A stretch of 64,000 nucleotides of DNA, taken from positions 192,926,963 through 192,990,962 of the forward strand of contig NC_068981.1 in the NCBI RefSeq assembly GCF_001194135.2, read 5' to 3'. Every line of letters starts with the position of its first letter. Position 1 is the first letter of the stretch. This DNA is from Octopus bimaculoides (taxonomy: Eukaryota). A model generated the notes under the pieces. The model did no database searches. It was not told the origin of the DNA and was given only the letters and a program-made list of their open reading frames with translations. A program made the translations under genes and the position numbers. This document shows, piece by piece, positions 51,185-64,000 of this stretch.

Positions 51185-51402
51185 CTCTTTTGATACCAAA
51201 TTGCCTGAGATCACCTTAGGTCTATGATACAAGCTTCCTGTTTTAAAGAAATTTAAATTAAAACCTTCCATCAAAATTATATAATTTATGTTCCAACCAC
51301 TGCCTTCATAATGACAAAGTTATTTTACAAAATTCATCATCATTTTCAAAATTAACTGATGCAAAGGCAGCATATTTCAACAAAAATATGGTAATGAAAG
51401 GG
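51185..51402. mobile_element. Second piggyBac-type MITE family
   Basis: TTAA-CTCTTTTGATACCAAAT ... ATATGGTAATGAAAGGG-TTAA. The same right end (ATATGGTAATAAAAGGGTTAA) recurs at ~54955-54975. Confidence 0.65.
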
Positions 51403-52021
51403 TTAAACCCCATACAACCATCTTAAAAGAAAAAAACATTGGCGTGTTTGATAGCCTTAAGTTTTACAAAGAAATGCTATGGTCTTGGGTGGATTGTTTT
51501 TGACCATTGGTTTGTAAGATCAGAGATGATGTGGACTAAAGCATAACAACTGAAACAGCAACAATAATTTCAACATAAATTTAACAGTGATGAAACAATG
51601 ATAAAATCTTTATATGCTTGCTCAACTTGCTAGAAACATCAGTTAAATTCCACACAAATAACATTTTACTAGCTTTAGAATGGAACATATTTGATTCCAT
51701 AGTCATGGGTCAGCTTGATCAAGGTTGATCTGTTGCTAAACAACAACCACAATAACAACAACTTTACCAGCTCAGTTTTTACCTTTAATATATCCAGCAT
51801 CAAGAAAAACCAACACACACAAAACAATGTCAGTGGACATCAGTACACCACAAGTAGTAAACCACTGAATGTTACAGTGCACCTTAGTTAGGGCTCTTAA
51901 TGAAAGAGTGGTGTGGTCAAGCTGGAGCAAACTTCCTTAAATGTTCATTAAGTAGATGACAGTATCATATAACTAGAACAATGGATCAGTGAATCCTTTC
52001 TGGTCATTAGATTAACAACTC

Positions 52022-52776
52022 ATAGAGGGAACCTGTGGAAGTGGTAGACCCAGGAAGACCTGGGATAAGGTGGTGAAGCATAACCTTTGAACGCTGGGCC
52101 TAACAAAGGCAATGACGAATGACTGAGACCTTTAGAGATATGCTGTGTTTAAGAAAACCTGGCAAACCAAGTGTGACCGTAACTATGGCCTATGCCAATG
52201 CAGCGTAACTGGCCCATTTAAGAGGACCCTTCAATCATTGGGCAATATGCTGTGTTTATGAAAGCCTGTTGAGTCAAGTGAAATCATTGCCATGGCTTAT
52301 GCCAGTACCGCCTGACTGGCACCTGTGCCAGTGGCACGTAAAAGCATCATTCAAGCATGGTCGATGCCAGTGCCGCCTGTCTGGTCCCATGTCAGAGGCA
52401 CATAAAAAGCACTATTTGAGCGTGGTCATTGCCAGTGCCACCTGACTGGCTCCCGTGCTGGTGGCACATAAAAAGCACCAATCGCGTGTGGGTCATTGCC
52501 AGTGTTGCCTGACTGGCTTCCATGCCAATGGCATGTAAAAAGCACCATTCAAGCATGGTCGATGCCAGTACTGCCTGACTGGCTCTCGAGCTGGTGATAC
52601 GTAAAAACCACCCACTACACTCTCAGAGTGGTTGGCGTTAGGAAGGGCATCCAGCTGTAGAGACCTTTCCAGATCAGATTGGAGCCTGGTGCAGCCTCCT
52701 GGCTCACCAGTCCCCAGTCAAGCCATCCAACCCATGCCAGCTTGGAAAACGGACCTTAAACGATGACGACGATGAT
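52022..52776 (+). mobile_element. RTE-type LINE 3' fragment (ORF end, 3'UTR with about 5 tandem units, and tail)
   Basis: IEGTCGSGRPRKTWDKVVKHNL*TLGLTKAMTND*DL*RYAVFKKTWQTK matches the ORF end at 57534. It is followed by tandem TGCCAGT.CCGCCTGACTGGC units and ends in GGACCTTAAACGATGACGACGATGATG. Confidence 0.85.
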
Positions 52777-54210
52777 GTGTCATAGTGAAGATAGCCTCTA
52801 AGTAGTGACTTGACCTCCTACAGTTAACGACAAAATCTCTCTTATATTGCTCTACATGTTAAAAAAAATAAGCAGGAAGGACGTATGGAAGGTATTCTGA
52901 GATATACAAGATGTGATAGTCTTGGTTGGAAAGTCTTTGATCATAGGTCGCTCAGTCAGGATTTTACTTGGGGTTAAACAACACCAATAGATACACAACA
53001 ACAAAGCTATGAAGCAAGGGTTATCATTTTTAAATAACTAAGAAAACATCAAATAATAACCAGCTCCAAATTATTGGTTTCATTCCACAAGAACACAAGA
53101 TATTGGATATATAACAGAAGCTATGGTCTGTGTGTTCATTTAATTATCAAATTATTTTTATTTTTATACTGGTGAGTGGTTTGGCACCAAGAGAAGTGAG
53201 CCACACCAGACATGTTGGTGTTACTTCCCTGTTCTGATTTTAATTCATACCACACTCAGTTTTATTTCTACCTGTCGGATTTAGTGCATATGTACTTATA
53301 ATATACTGAAGATAATTCCTTGAACCATGTTCCTTCCCTAAACAAAAATGAATCTACATTAGACTGGATTAAAAATAAAATAAATAAATAGAAAAAAACC
53401 CATTCAAATAAATAGTGTCATGGTTTCAACTAGATTGAGCAATACTTTGTATTGTTTTGTCTGTCTACTACTTATCTATTGATCTAGCCGCCTCTCTGTC
53501 AGTCTGTCTATCGTTCTATCTCTCTATCTGCCTGTCTCTGTAGTTGTCCATACTGTGTTTATTCAAGAAATGCCATATATAATTCAAGTAAATAGCCAAA
53601 GTCTTTGGCATCAATCACTTATAAGTATGTAAAAAATATACAATATTACAATAATTTTGGCATAAGGCTAGCAGTTCTGGGGAGGGAGAAAGTTGATTAC
53701 ATCGACCCCTAAAAGGATGAAAGGCAAAGATGACCATGGTGGAATTTGAACTCAGAACGTAAAGAGAGATGAAAGGGTGTCAAGCATTGTGTCAGGTGTG
53801 CTAATGTGTCTACCAGTTTGCCACTTTAAATGTTACCATAATATTAGCAAAACAAAGGCATCACATCTTTCACAAATGAATTGGCTGAATTATTTTCATT
53901 ATTTGAGAAATGTGATTAACACATTTGCAAGGTTTGTTTGTCCCTGCAGCATCTGCTAAATCATAATTTTAAATAATAAAGTGGTACTGGTGGCTGTGTT
54001 GTTAAGAAGCTTGCTTCCCAGCCATGTAGTTTCAGGTTCAGTCCCATTGTGCAGCACCTTCTGCAATTGTTTTGTACTATAGCTTTGGTTCAGCCAAAAC
54101 CTTATGCGTGGATTTGATAGATGGAAGCTGAAAAGACAGCTGTTGCGTGTGTGCATGCATGTGTGTGTGTGTGTGTGTATACATGTGTGAGACAACTGTG
54201 ATGGTTGTTA

Positions 54211-54354
54211 GCAAGTAGGAGTGGCTGTGCAGTAAGTAGCTTGCTTACAAACCACATGGTTCCGGGTTCAGTCCCACTGTGTGACACCTTTGGCCTCAGG
54301 CTGACCAAAGCCTTGTGTGTGGATTTGGTAGACAGAAACTGAAAGAAGCCCATC

Positions 54355-54408
<54 letters not shown>

Positions 54409-54621
54409 CTATATGTTTGTGTGTCAGTGTTTGTCCCCCAACATCGCTTGACAACCGATGCTGGTGTGTTTATGTCCCTGTAACTTAGTGATTTGGCAAA
54501 AGAGAACCGATAGAATAAGTACTAGGCTTACAAAGAATAAGTCCTGGGGTTGATTTGCTCAACTAAAGGTGGTGCTCCAGCATGGCCACAGTCACATGAC
54601 TGAAACAAGTAAAAGAGTAAG
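54211..54621 (+). mobile_element. Family D tRNA-derived SINE with an internal (TA)n(TG)n microsatellite
   Basis: Head GGAGTGGCTGTG..GTAAGTAGCTTGC...GGGTTCAGTCCCACT, then a microsatellite at ~54356-54425, then the 3' half ...GGTGCTCCAGCATGGCC.CAGTC..ATGACTGAAACAAGTAAAAGA. Related copies lie at ~9095-9530, 10300-10450, 22900-23260, 37010-37400, 53980-54200 and 63770-63980. Confidence 0.8.
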
Positions 54622-55932
54622 TAATATTGTTCATTAAGTAATGTTGTTCATTTCGAACCTGCCATTAAAATCATGTCTGCCATGATCCTGTTCATCGAAA
54701 CCAAGATTGTTAATCAATTCCAACCACTACAACATCAACATATGATATTTCAGGTTCCTTTACATAATAATATTTCATAATCAAATGCTGACATTTTTAA
54801 GGTCTGTCTCATAATACATGAAGGTTTTACTTTTGATAAAGCACAATTGTTGGTAAAGCAACACTTAGTGGTCTATGATTTAAAACAAAGGTATCTTATT
54901 ATTTTTCATTATTTTAAAGATTATTTGAAATAAAAGCAGTGTAGTTTGAAAGAAATATGGTAATAAAAGGGTTAAACTTTTGGATTATCTAATTAAAGAT
55001 ATTCTTATGCTCAAACAATGCTCACATCAATGTTTACATACCATCTACGAATCTCATTTGAATTATATCAGCTTCTACACCACAGGTTCTCAACTGGTGT
55101 GCTGTGGTACCCCAGGGTGCAGTGAAATACACATGTCTGTGGTATCATGATTGATCATTTAGAGTCAAAAATACATTTTGATACTATTTTAACAAAAAAT
55201 ATTATTGTCATCTTATTTAATGTGGCTATCAAATATGGTAAGGCTTAAATGTAATGCTTTGTTGCTTCATTGTAAATGAAATGACTTCAGAGCACTGACA
55301 ATGATAAAAAATACCCACATGTTTTTATCAAAAGTAGCTGTGATGAAAAGGTGAAAGTTTTTCTAAACCTTTAGCATAATATCTGTGCCTCCGCAATAGA
55401 TAGATAGATATAGATATATATGCATATATATANNNNNNNNNNNNNNNNNNNNNNNNNNNNNNNNNNNNNNNNNNNNNNNNNNNNNNNNNNNNNNNNNNNN
55501 NNNNNNNNNNNNNNNNNNNNNNNNNNNNNNNNNNNNNNNNNNNNNNNNNNNNNNNNNNNNNNNNNNNNNNNNNNNNTATATATATATATATATGGACACT
55601 ATAATAAAAAAAAAAACATTCCTGCCAACATAGTTTAATGACCAATTCACCAATTTGGCACTTAAGATTTAACAAGATTAAATTTTAATTTTCTTATGTC
55701 TTTTTGGCATCTTGTCCATTTGACTTTATGTCCGTTCAGCTTCTTGGCTTTGGCAAAAGTGCATTCAGCATCCAGTCCATGTACCATTAAAATAGTGACC
55801 TCTGAGCTGCATTTTCAACTTGGGGAAGAGATGGAAGTCCACTGGTGCTAGATCTGGCAAATAGGGCAGGTGCAGAAGCTATGCCCCCATGTTGTCTTTG
55901 GAGAGAGACTCAGGAGTGAGAAGTCAGTGGAA

Positions 55933-56497
55933 AGGTGCATTGTCATCGTGAAGGATCTAATTCTTTGCACTCCACAGATTTGGTCCCTTTTGCTGAATGT
56001 CCTCCCTCAACACTTCAAAACGTCACAGTAGAACTCTTGGTTGATGGTCTGGCCCTGAGGGATGAATTCTCAATGCACATTACCACATTTCTGGGGGTGA
56101 CATTTGTGGCAGGTCTTCCAGGTCACTCATCGTCTTCCAAGGACATTCTGCTTTAGAAGGACCTCTACCACTTGAAACATTGCAAATGACCCATTGCCTC
56201 GTTGCTGTAAACTTTCAGAAGCATGTTCAATGTCTCTGTAGCAGACTTCCTAAATTTAATGCAAAATTTCACATTGGCACTTTATTCCATCTTCCTGACC
56301 ATGACGAAAACCACAGACTACAGCATACACATGATCACAAAAACACAAATTTCACGACTTGTGAAGTAAACACAGCAATGTCACTAGTCACACTGCTTCA
56401 TGAAGGTCACTGCAAGCTCTCACTGTACAAGCAACTGTGTGCAGCCATCTATTGGCAGGCTACAGATCTAGTCTGGGAACTTTTTGATACCACCTCA
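55933..56497 (-). mobile_element. Internally deleted mariner element
   Basis: TA followed by TIR-like TGAGGTGGTATCAAAAAGTTCCCAGACT. Transposase N-terminus ME*SANVKFCIKFRKSATETLNML..VY.NEAM...CFKW...SLEDDE*PGRP, joined to EDIQQKGPNLWSAKN*ILHDDNA (~WILHHDNA). Confidence 0.8.
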
Positions 56498-57304
56498 TAC
56501 ATTGAAGAATAATGTTACTGCAAGTTAGATTCACCTTGTAGATTATCTAATAGAGAATCTGATAGAAATTCTGTGCTATGTTCTTTCAAGGTCAAAATGT
56601 AATTTGACAGTTTGTTGCACTTCTGTATTTCTGAAGGAAGACATGTAGTTGAAGCAACTTTGTTTGAATTTACCTTCCAACGTAGCTACATAGTGTTTAA
56701 TACACATCTGTGTTTAGGTATGGTGGGGTGCAGGTGACCTTTGCCTTGTAATAATTTCCAAACACAAACTTGCTAAAATAGTTGATTTCACACAGGATGG
56801 ATTAATTGTACTTTGGAATATGGCCTTGTATTGAAAAACAAAATAACCTCCCCACCCACATTAGAAAAACAAAGAATAAGAGAAAATCATTCAGTTTCTC
56901 ATCAGCAGTGACTACAAAAACAGGAGCAACATCCTTACTTTTGTTTATACACATGAGACTAAATACATGAAAATACCACATGCTTTGGCATGTGAATAGG
57001 TGAATATATCATGTGTTCTGCATACAACAATTGAATAGATGAACGTGTGATGTATTCTGTAATGAATTTTTTGGCAACAAATCAAATCCCGATGACTAAA
57101 TATATTTCAAGATGTCTTTATGGGGGTGAGGAGTTGGCAGAGTTGTTATTGTGCTGGGAAAAATATTTAATAGCATTTCTTCTGACTTTTGGGTTCAATA
57201 ATATAAATGCCAGTTGAGCACTGGGGGTTAATGTAATTGACTTACCCCCTCTCCTGAAATTGCTGTCCTTGTGCCAAAATTTAAAATCAATATGTTTATA
57301 TATT

Positions 57305-58355
57305 TACGTGTCACCTGCACGAGGGCCAGTCAGGCGGTACTGGCAACGGCCACGCTCAAAATGGTGTCTTTTATGTGCCACCCGCACAAGAGCCAGTCCA
57401 GCGGCACTGGCAACGATCTCGCTCGAAAATCCTATGAAGGCCAGTCAGGCGGTACTGGCAACGGCCATGCTCAGAATGGTGCATCCCATGTGCCACCCGC
57501 ACAAGAGCCAGTCCAGGGGCACTGGCAACGATCTCACTTGGCTTGCCAGGTCTTCTCACGCACAGCACATTTCCAAAGGTCTTGGTCAGTAGTCATCGCC
57601 TCGGTGAGGCCCAATGTTCGNNNNNNNNNNNNNNNNNNNNNNNNNNNNNNNNNNNNNNNNNNNNNNNNNNNNNNNNNNNNNNNNNNNNNNNNNNNNNNNN
57701 NNNNNNNNNNNNNNNNNNNNNNNNNNNNNNNNNNNNNNNNNNNNNNNNNNNNNNNNNNNNNNNNNNNNNNNNNNNNNNNNNNNNNNNNNNNNNNNNNNNN
57801 NNNNNNNNNNNNNNNNNNNNNNNNNNNNNNNNNNNNNNNNNNNNNNNNNNNNNNNNNNNNNNNNNNNNNNNNNNNNNNNNNNNNNNNNNNNNNNNNNNNN
57901 NNNNNNNNNNNNNNNNNNNNNNNNNNNNNNNNNNNNNNNNNNNNNNNNNNNNNNNNNNNNNNNNNNNNNNNNNNNNNNNNNNNNNAGAGCTCTCTAAACT
58001 TTGCCCAGGCTATTCTTATTGTAACAGCTACACTTTCAGCGCACCCACCCCCACTACTAACTTGGTCACCCAGATAGCGGAAGCTATCGACTACCTCTAG
58101 TTTTTCTCCCTGGAATGAGATAGAAGTTGTTTCCTGTTTGTTTACAGTGTTTATTGCACCTGAACATCTGCCACATACAAAAACTAACTTCGTAGTTAAT
58201 CTGCCTTTGATATTGCTGCACCTCTTATGTGTCCATAGCTTGCACCGGGTACATCTTATAGAGTTACTACCTACTCCATTTCTACATACCGAGCAGGGCC
58301 ATCTACCTGAAGGGGTTTGTGTTTTATCTACCTTCCTACTTATTAGGATTAACAA
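57305..58355 (-). mobile_element. 5'-truncated RTE-type LINE with a PHD-like finger, RT thumb, ORF end and tandem-repeat 3'UTR (spans an N gap)
   Basis: ORF: CSVC...CTRC..WTHKRC...CGRC, then GEKLEVVDSFRYLGDQVSSGGGC...RIAWAKFREL (RTE-type FxYLG thumb), and after the gap RTLGLTEAMTTDQDLWKCAVREKTWQAK*. The 3'UTR units GCCAGTCAGGCGGTACTGGCAAC repeat. Confidence 0.9.
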
Positions 58356-60179
58356 TATTAAAATACTGGATTATTACTGGAAAGTAAGTTCAGCTTCAAA
58401 ACTTTAAAATGCTCCTTTCTAAACAAATTATTTAAACCATTTGACAGAAAATCTAATTTTAGTATGAAACATCTATTTGAAAAAGATTTACATAAATTTA
58501 ACAATCTTTAAATCAGAAACTAATAATATTCAAAAACTCCTACTTCATTTTTGTACTCAACATGACAAAAGTGATGCTTCAGCATATCATCATATTATTC
58601 ATATTTCATATCATCACTTAAAAAATATATATCACTTTAACAGTTAACCCATTTAAATTGTGATAACACCAATACGTGCACACTTTCAGAAATCCCATCA
58701 GATATACACACATCAATTTTCAAATTAACTTTGGGTATTGAAAGATAAATACACCCATTTTGTCATCAAATAAAAAATTTTGAAATCCACCAAAAAACAT
58801 AATCAATTTTTAAGAGCCTGTGGTTTATGTTTCTCTGATAAAATAACAAGAAAAACAAAAAACATTTACCAAGGAAATATGAATAATATGAAATAATTTA
58901 CATTGTTTGCTTCCTAAATTGAATATGCTTAAAATATAATACATGCAAGAGAGTGACTTCCCTTGCACCATACGTATTAATATTTGGGCCATTCACCTAT
59001 ATTGCTATATATTTATACAACTTTATAAAGAGGCTATTTTTATTGAGGTTATCTAAAGAAAGGTGCAGTGCCCATAGCTTTTACAAGCTCTCCAACATGA
59101 AACATAATTAGCTTGTATACACCTAAACCTCAATATTTTAAATCATTTTCTTCTCTTTACTAATTTGCTCTTCATTATTTTTTCCTCCTCTTTCTTAAAA
59201 TCTGTTCAGAAATCATCTTCAGTTTCTCCTCTTTATCTTTTACTAATTTTCTCTGCATCTTTTCATGCTCAAAATTGTTAAAATACGATATTAACTACTT
59301 GCATCAGTTGTTTGCTGCCAGGAGACCATTCCCTTCATGTTTCCTGAAATTCACAAACACCATTCCTGAAGAGCCTAAGGGCTCTTTTCTCTTCATAGCT
59401 CTTTTACCCTTTGCCTGGAAGGCAGTTTTTCTGATAGTGATTACAAATGTAACTCATTCCATTTATTCTGCTAAACCATATCTATAGTCTTTGTTGAGGA
59501 AACACTAAACCAGTTGTGTAAAAGTACAGGAATAAACATTTTTGGATCAGATGACAACTTTTATTAGACAGAATTCTGTGTGATGATGTTTGGCATATAG
59601 AGGATGGAGAGGGAGTGGGGAGAAGATAATGGTAGTGTACAAACACACATACACACACACACACACACACCCATCTTGTCATCACCATTTTAATGTTTGT
59701 TTCCCATGCTTAGTAATGCCTTGCATTATAAGTATACTGACTTCTGACTGGCCGTTGGTCTTACTATGGCTTAAAAGAATTATAGTTTATATATGTGTAA
59801 CTGTGTGTGTGTGTGTGTGTATTTATATGCATGCACGTAAATTTTGTATGTTAATTGTAGCATTGTTTTGCAATATTAAAACTTCATAATAATCTATCCC
59901 ACTGAGGTCAACTTTGTTTTTCATTCTGTTGAGGTTTTGTGTGGGTTCTGAGCATTGGAGTTGATAATATAAGTACCAGCTGAGCACTGGAGTCGATGTA
60001 ATTTACTTAACCCCTCTCCTAAAATTGCTGGCCTTGTTCCTAAAGTTGAAACCAATATTATTTCCATAATCAATTGTCTGTTTTCTTTTGTGTAGGTTCT
60101 ATAAAGTAGAGATGCAATTTTCTGTCTACATGTTTCTATGTGGTTTTGTCTTATACACACATACACATATATACACTCA

Positions 60180-60198
60180 CAGAGAGAGAGAGAGAGAG

Positions 60199-60250
<52 letters not shown>

Positions 60251-60282
60251 ATGAAANNNNNNNNNNNNNNNNNNNNNNNNNN

Positions 60283-60330
<48 letters not shown>
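60180..60330. repeat. (GA)n microsatellite spanning an N gap, representative of the very many (TA)n, (CA)n, (AAT)n, (TATG)n, (GATA)n and (CAT)n tracts
   Basis: Directly visible. Most short N gaps in the window abut such tracts. Confidence 0.95.
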
Positions 60331-60331
<1 letters not shown>

Positions 60332-62908
60332 ATGAAATCATCTGAGGCTTTCCAAATTATTAATAGTGTTATCAGTAAAGTCAGTTGTGAAATATTTTAG
60401 TTTTTTACTAAATAGGTGGGATGCCTTTGATAACGAACCAGCGAGGGTGCCTCTACATGGAAGTTCTATATGCTAAAGATAACAGCCAAAGTTGCTTTAT
60501 ATCAGATGTTATCTCTGATGAAGAAATTGAAAATCTCTCCATCAAGGATGACTTGATGATACACAACAGCAACAACAACAGCATCAATCAATTAACTGGT
60601 TATATATTTGCTCATGGAGATGACAGTTGTGATAGTGGTGGTGTTAGTGGGTGTGGTAGTGTTGGTGGTAATGACGTTGTAGTGGTAAGGGTGTATGTGT
60701 TGTGGTAAGTGGCAGTGTTGATGGTAGCTTCATCATTGTTATTATTTTTCTTATTGTGACTGTTTAGCCACAGGTCAGCCTTGACTGAGCAGACCCATGA
60801 TCAATGACATTCCACCCATCATCATTCCCTCTTTTTCCCCATGTGCAATGAACCCAGGCCCACATTATCCTCAGTGTTCTTTTTCTTTAAGATAGTTGGA
60901 TGTGATTGAAGGGAGTTTAGTTGTTAATTCTAGCAGGCCAAGTGACCATGTCAAGGTGTTGGAGTGTTTTACATTACTTACTGTCAGGAGGAAGGGGCAG
61001 TGCCCATGACTTTTGTAGCCCCGCCCCCAGATCAATGTGGTTGATGTCATTAATATTTCTCCTGAACCTTTGATAAGTCAACAAAGGTAGAGTGAGGAAA
61101 CAGCATACAGCCAGAGGCTGAAACATTTCTGTTGATGATGGTGGTGGTGCTGTAGACAATAGTTGTGTTGCTGTTGGATTTGAAGGTGGTATTGATGATG
61201 CTGGTAGTGATGTTAGTGTAAGTAGTGGCGGTGATAGTTGCAATGGTGTTGTTGGTGCAGTTGACAGTGGTGTTGGTGGTGCTGGCATTGTTGCACATTA
61301 TTGCTGCACATTCCTAAACAGGTGTTGGTAGCCCATAATGTAAACAGTGAAAATGAGATGTGATAGTGTAAAATCAGTTTAGTAGATTGTTGTATGACTG
61401 CTAACATCTCTTATTAACCACCAGTTGTACACAGGAAATACAGCTATAACATATTCACTTCAGATTTTGGCACAAGGCCAGAAAATTTGGGATGGGGTTA
61501 AGTCAATTACAGCGACCAGTGCACTCAAAGGTACTTAATTTATCGACTCCAAAGGGATGAAAGGTAAAGTTGACCATGGCAGAATTTGAACCAAAAGCAC
61601 AAAGACATTTTTCCAGGAATGCTAACGATTGTGTCAGCTTGCTAACTTACATATTGATAACATATTGTAAACCCAGAATGCCTTGACACAACATGGGTTT
61701 GTCCAAAACAAGCAGTGTAGGAATGGCACACAACTTTTTAATTTATTATTTCAGGCCAAATTTACCTTTCATTCATTCCAAGGGTGATGAAATAAAGTAC
61801 CAGTCATGTATTGGGGAAATAATCAACTATACATTCCATGAAGATCCATATTTAGTTAGTCATGTGCTTTCTCAGTTCATTCTTCAAGGGTCTATAAAAA
61901 TGAAAAACTAGAAAGCAAAAAATCACTGGCGCTGGTTCCACATAAGAAGTACCAGTGCTGGTGCTGCTGCCATGTAAAAAGCACCAGTGCTGATGTTACA
62001 TAAAAAGCACTGGTGCTGGTTCTGCATAAAAAGCACTGGTGCTGGTATCATGTAAAAAAACACCCAGTACACTTTGTAAAGTGGTTGACATTAGGAAGGG
62101 CATCTATCTGTAGAGACCATGCCAAAACATCAGACAATGGAACCTGATGTGGCTCCTGGCCTCGCCAGCTCCAGTCAAACTGTCCAACCCATGCTAACAT
62201 GAAAAATGGACATTAAATGATGATGATGATGTTGCTGCTGCTGCTGAATTGATGATGGTGCTAATGATGACGATGACAAGTAGTGGGCACACCACTGTTA
62301 TCAAATGTGTGGCCTGGAGGATATATCACCAAATTTAAATCAGTGCTCTTTTAAGTGGCACAGGTATGGCAATGTGGTTAGGAAGTTCACTTCTCAGTTG
62401 CATGATTGGAGGTTCAATTCCGCACTGTGGCACATTGTACAAGTGGCATTTATCATAATCTCAGACCAACCAAATCTTTGTAAATGGAATTTGTTACATG
62501 GAACTATGGAAAGTCCTTAGTGTTTTTTTTTCATTTTTTTTTTTTTTGGCGGAGTGAAGAGATGTGGGGGTAGACTTAAATGATTTCATCTGCACCTCTG
62601 TTTAATACCATAATCTGGTGTTTGGGTGCAGGCATTTGGGCCAGGCCTTTAGTCTAGGAGGAACTTCCTCCCATCAGTTTTGAAGAGATTGAAAAAAATG
62701 GGTCATGGCTAATGCTCTGTCCTCCTTCAGATTAAACCATAAAAACAGTCTTGTTTCCAAATTTATCCCAGAATGATACACTAATGACATTTTAAATATC
62801 AGGAAAATAAATCACATCATTAAGAAAAGAACAAAATGTTTGACATTATAACATGAAATCAGTTTTTATAAATACTAACTCAAGACAGAAAATATAAACA
62901 AGCCCACT

Positions 62909-63512
62909 GTTGGAAGAAATTCCATTCGCTGTACCCAGTGTAAACTATGGACACATAACAGGTGCAGTGGAATCACAGGTAGATTAACAGATAACAATCG
63001 TCTTTGTATGTGGTAGATGTGCAAGAACAATAAGCACTAAGAGCACACAGGACTTAGATTCTCTCAAATGCCCAGGTTACCTAGGTGACCAAATTAGCAA
63101 TGGTGGAGGATACTCTGAAAGTATTGTTTCTAGAATAAGAATAAGGTGGAGGAAGTTCAGAAAGCTATTACCTCTGTTGGCAACAAAAGGACTCTCTCTC
63201 TCAGAGTGAAAAGTAGACTGTATGATGCTTGTATGCGAATGGCTATACTCCATGGTAGTGAGACATGGGCTCTGCATGCAGAAGACATGCACAAACAGGA
63301 GAGAAATGAAGGTAGTATGTTCTGTTGGATGTGCAATATCAGTCATATTCCGACCAATGCTTTGTGAGTGAATTTGCTTGATGCAGAAGCCTATCGCATA
63401 CCAAAGTAAATAGGGGAGTTTGGTACAGTCCTTAGGCTCAACAGCTCATGTCAACCTGTCCAACCCATGCCAGCATGGAAGATGGAGGTTAAATGATAAT
63501 GATGATGATGAT
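62909..63512 (+). mobile_element. Decayed, internally deleted RTE-type LINE of the same lineage
   Basis: VGRNSIRCTQCKLWTHNRCSGITGRL / IVFVCGRC...YLGDQISNGGG...RIRIRWRKFRKLLPLL / RVKSRLYDACMRMAILHGSETW, with two frameshifts. The terminal CCAACCCATGCCAGCATGGAA...(GAT)n lies at ~63455-63512. Confidence 0.85.
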
Positions 63513-63531
63513 GTACATCACACCTAACACT

Positions 63532-63575
<44 letters not shown>

Positions 63576-63723
63576 TGACCAGTGAGAATGAGTGCTTAAT
63601 ATTGTATTTGATGGATAACTATTCTTTATTCGTGGATTAACAGTGTTACCAATACTTTCATGCAGAAGGTTCAAATTTCTCAAGTGCCTTTAAGAATGTT
63701 GGTAATTGCATCCATGTTGGATG

Positions 63724-63767
<44 letters not shown>

Positions 63768-64000
63768 TGCTGAACTGCTAAGTTATGGGGATGTAAATAA
63801 GTCAGTAGTTCAACATCCATTGCCAAACAGTGAGAGACAAACACAAAAACCAACAACATAATAAATACAATAAATAACCAAACTTGAAGTAAGTACTGGA
63901 GTCATTCATTTTTTGCAATTAATCTTAAATGGTGGTGCTCCAGCATGGCCACATTTAAAGGAGTAACACAAGTAAAAGAATAAAGAAAAGACTAGACAAT

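Noticed and set aside
52190-52620. CRISPR-like appearance of regularly spaced palindromic repeats
   Set aside because: The intervening sequences are homologous to each other rather than unique spacers, the array is part of an RTE 3'UTR, and there are no cas genes.
59130-59480. Minus-strand Lys/Glu-rich coding-like stretch (FEHEKMQRKLVKDKEEKLK…)
   Set aside because: It is short, bounded by stops, explicable by purine-rich composition, and matches no family I recognise.
60974-61300. Pro/Thr- or Thr/Asn-rich mucin-like ORFs
   Set aside because: They arise from degenerate (TGG/TGT/TGA)n trinucleotide repeats.

Overview
AT-rich, microsatellite-dense animal genomic DNA with many small assembly gaps. 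From recall, the repeat families look like those of octopus/cephalopods; this is inference, not a database result. Only one well-supported host gene is present: a minus-strand TRIM (RING-Bbox1-Bbox2-coiled-coil) E3 ligase whose coding sequence lies in a single exon (27838-29448) after a splice acceptor at 29513-29514. Its disordered tail has no recognisable folded C-terminal domain but carries four LC8/DYNLL-type motifs and a terminal phospho-FFAT-like motif. Nearly everything else is transposon debris: dozens of tRNA-derived SINEs from at least three families; many 3' fragments of an RTE-type LINE with a PHD-like finger inside its RT region and a tandem-hairpin 3'UTR; an ancient near-full RTE fossil; a Tx1/L1 3' fragment; two R4/Dong-type restriction-like-endonuclease LINE fragments; a decayed Penelope element; several long palindromes; and mariner, Merlin and piggyBac-type DNA transposon relics. 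The retroelements show a nested pattern in which SINE (AAT)n tails host further SINEs, Dong/R4 and Tx1 insertions. No rRNA, bona fide tRNA gene or CRISPR array was seen. Most ORF-track entries are microsatellite or repeat artefacts. Repeat boundaries are approximate.
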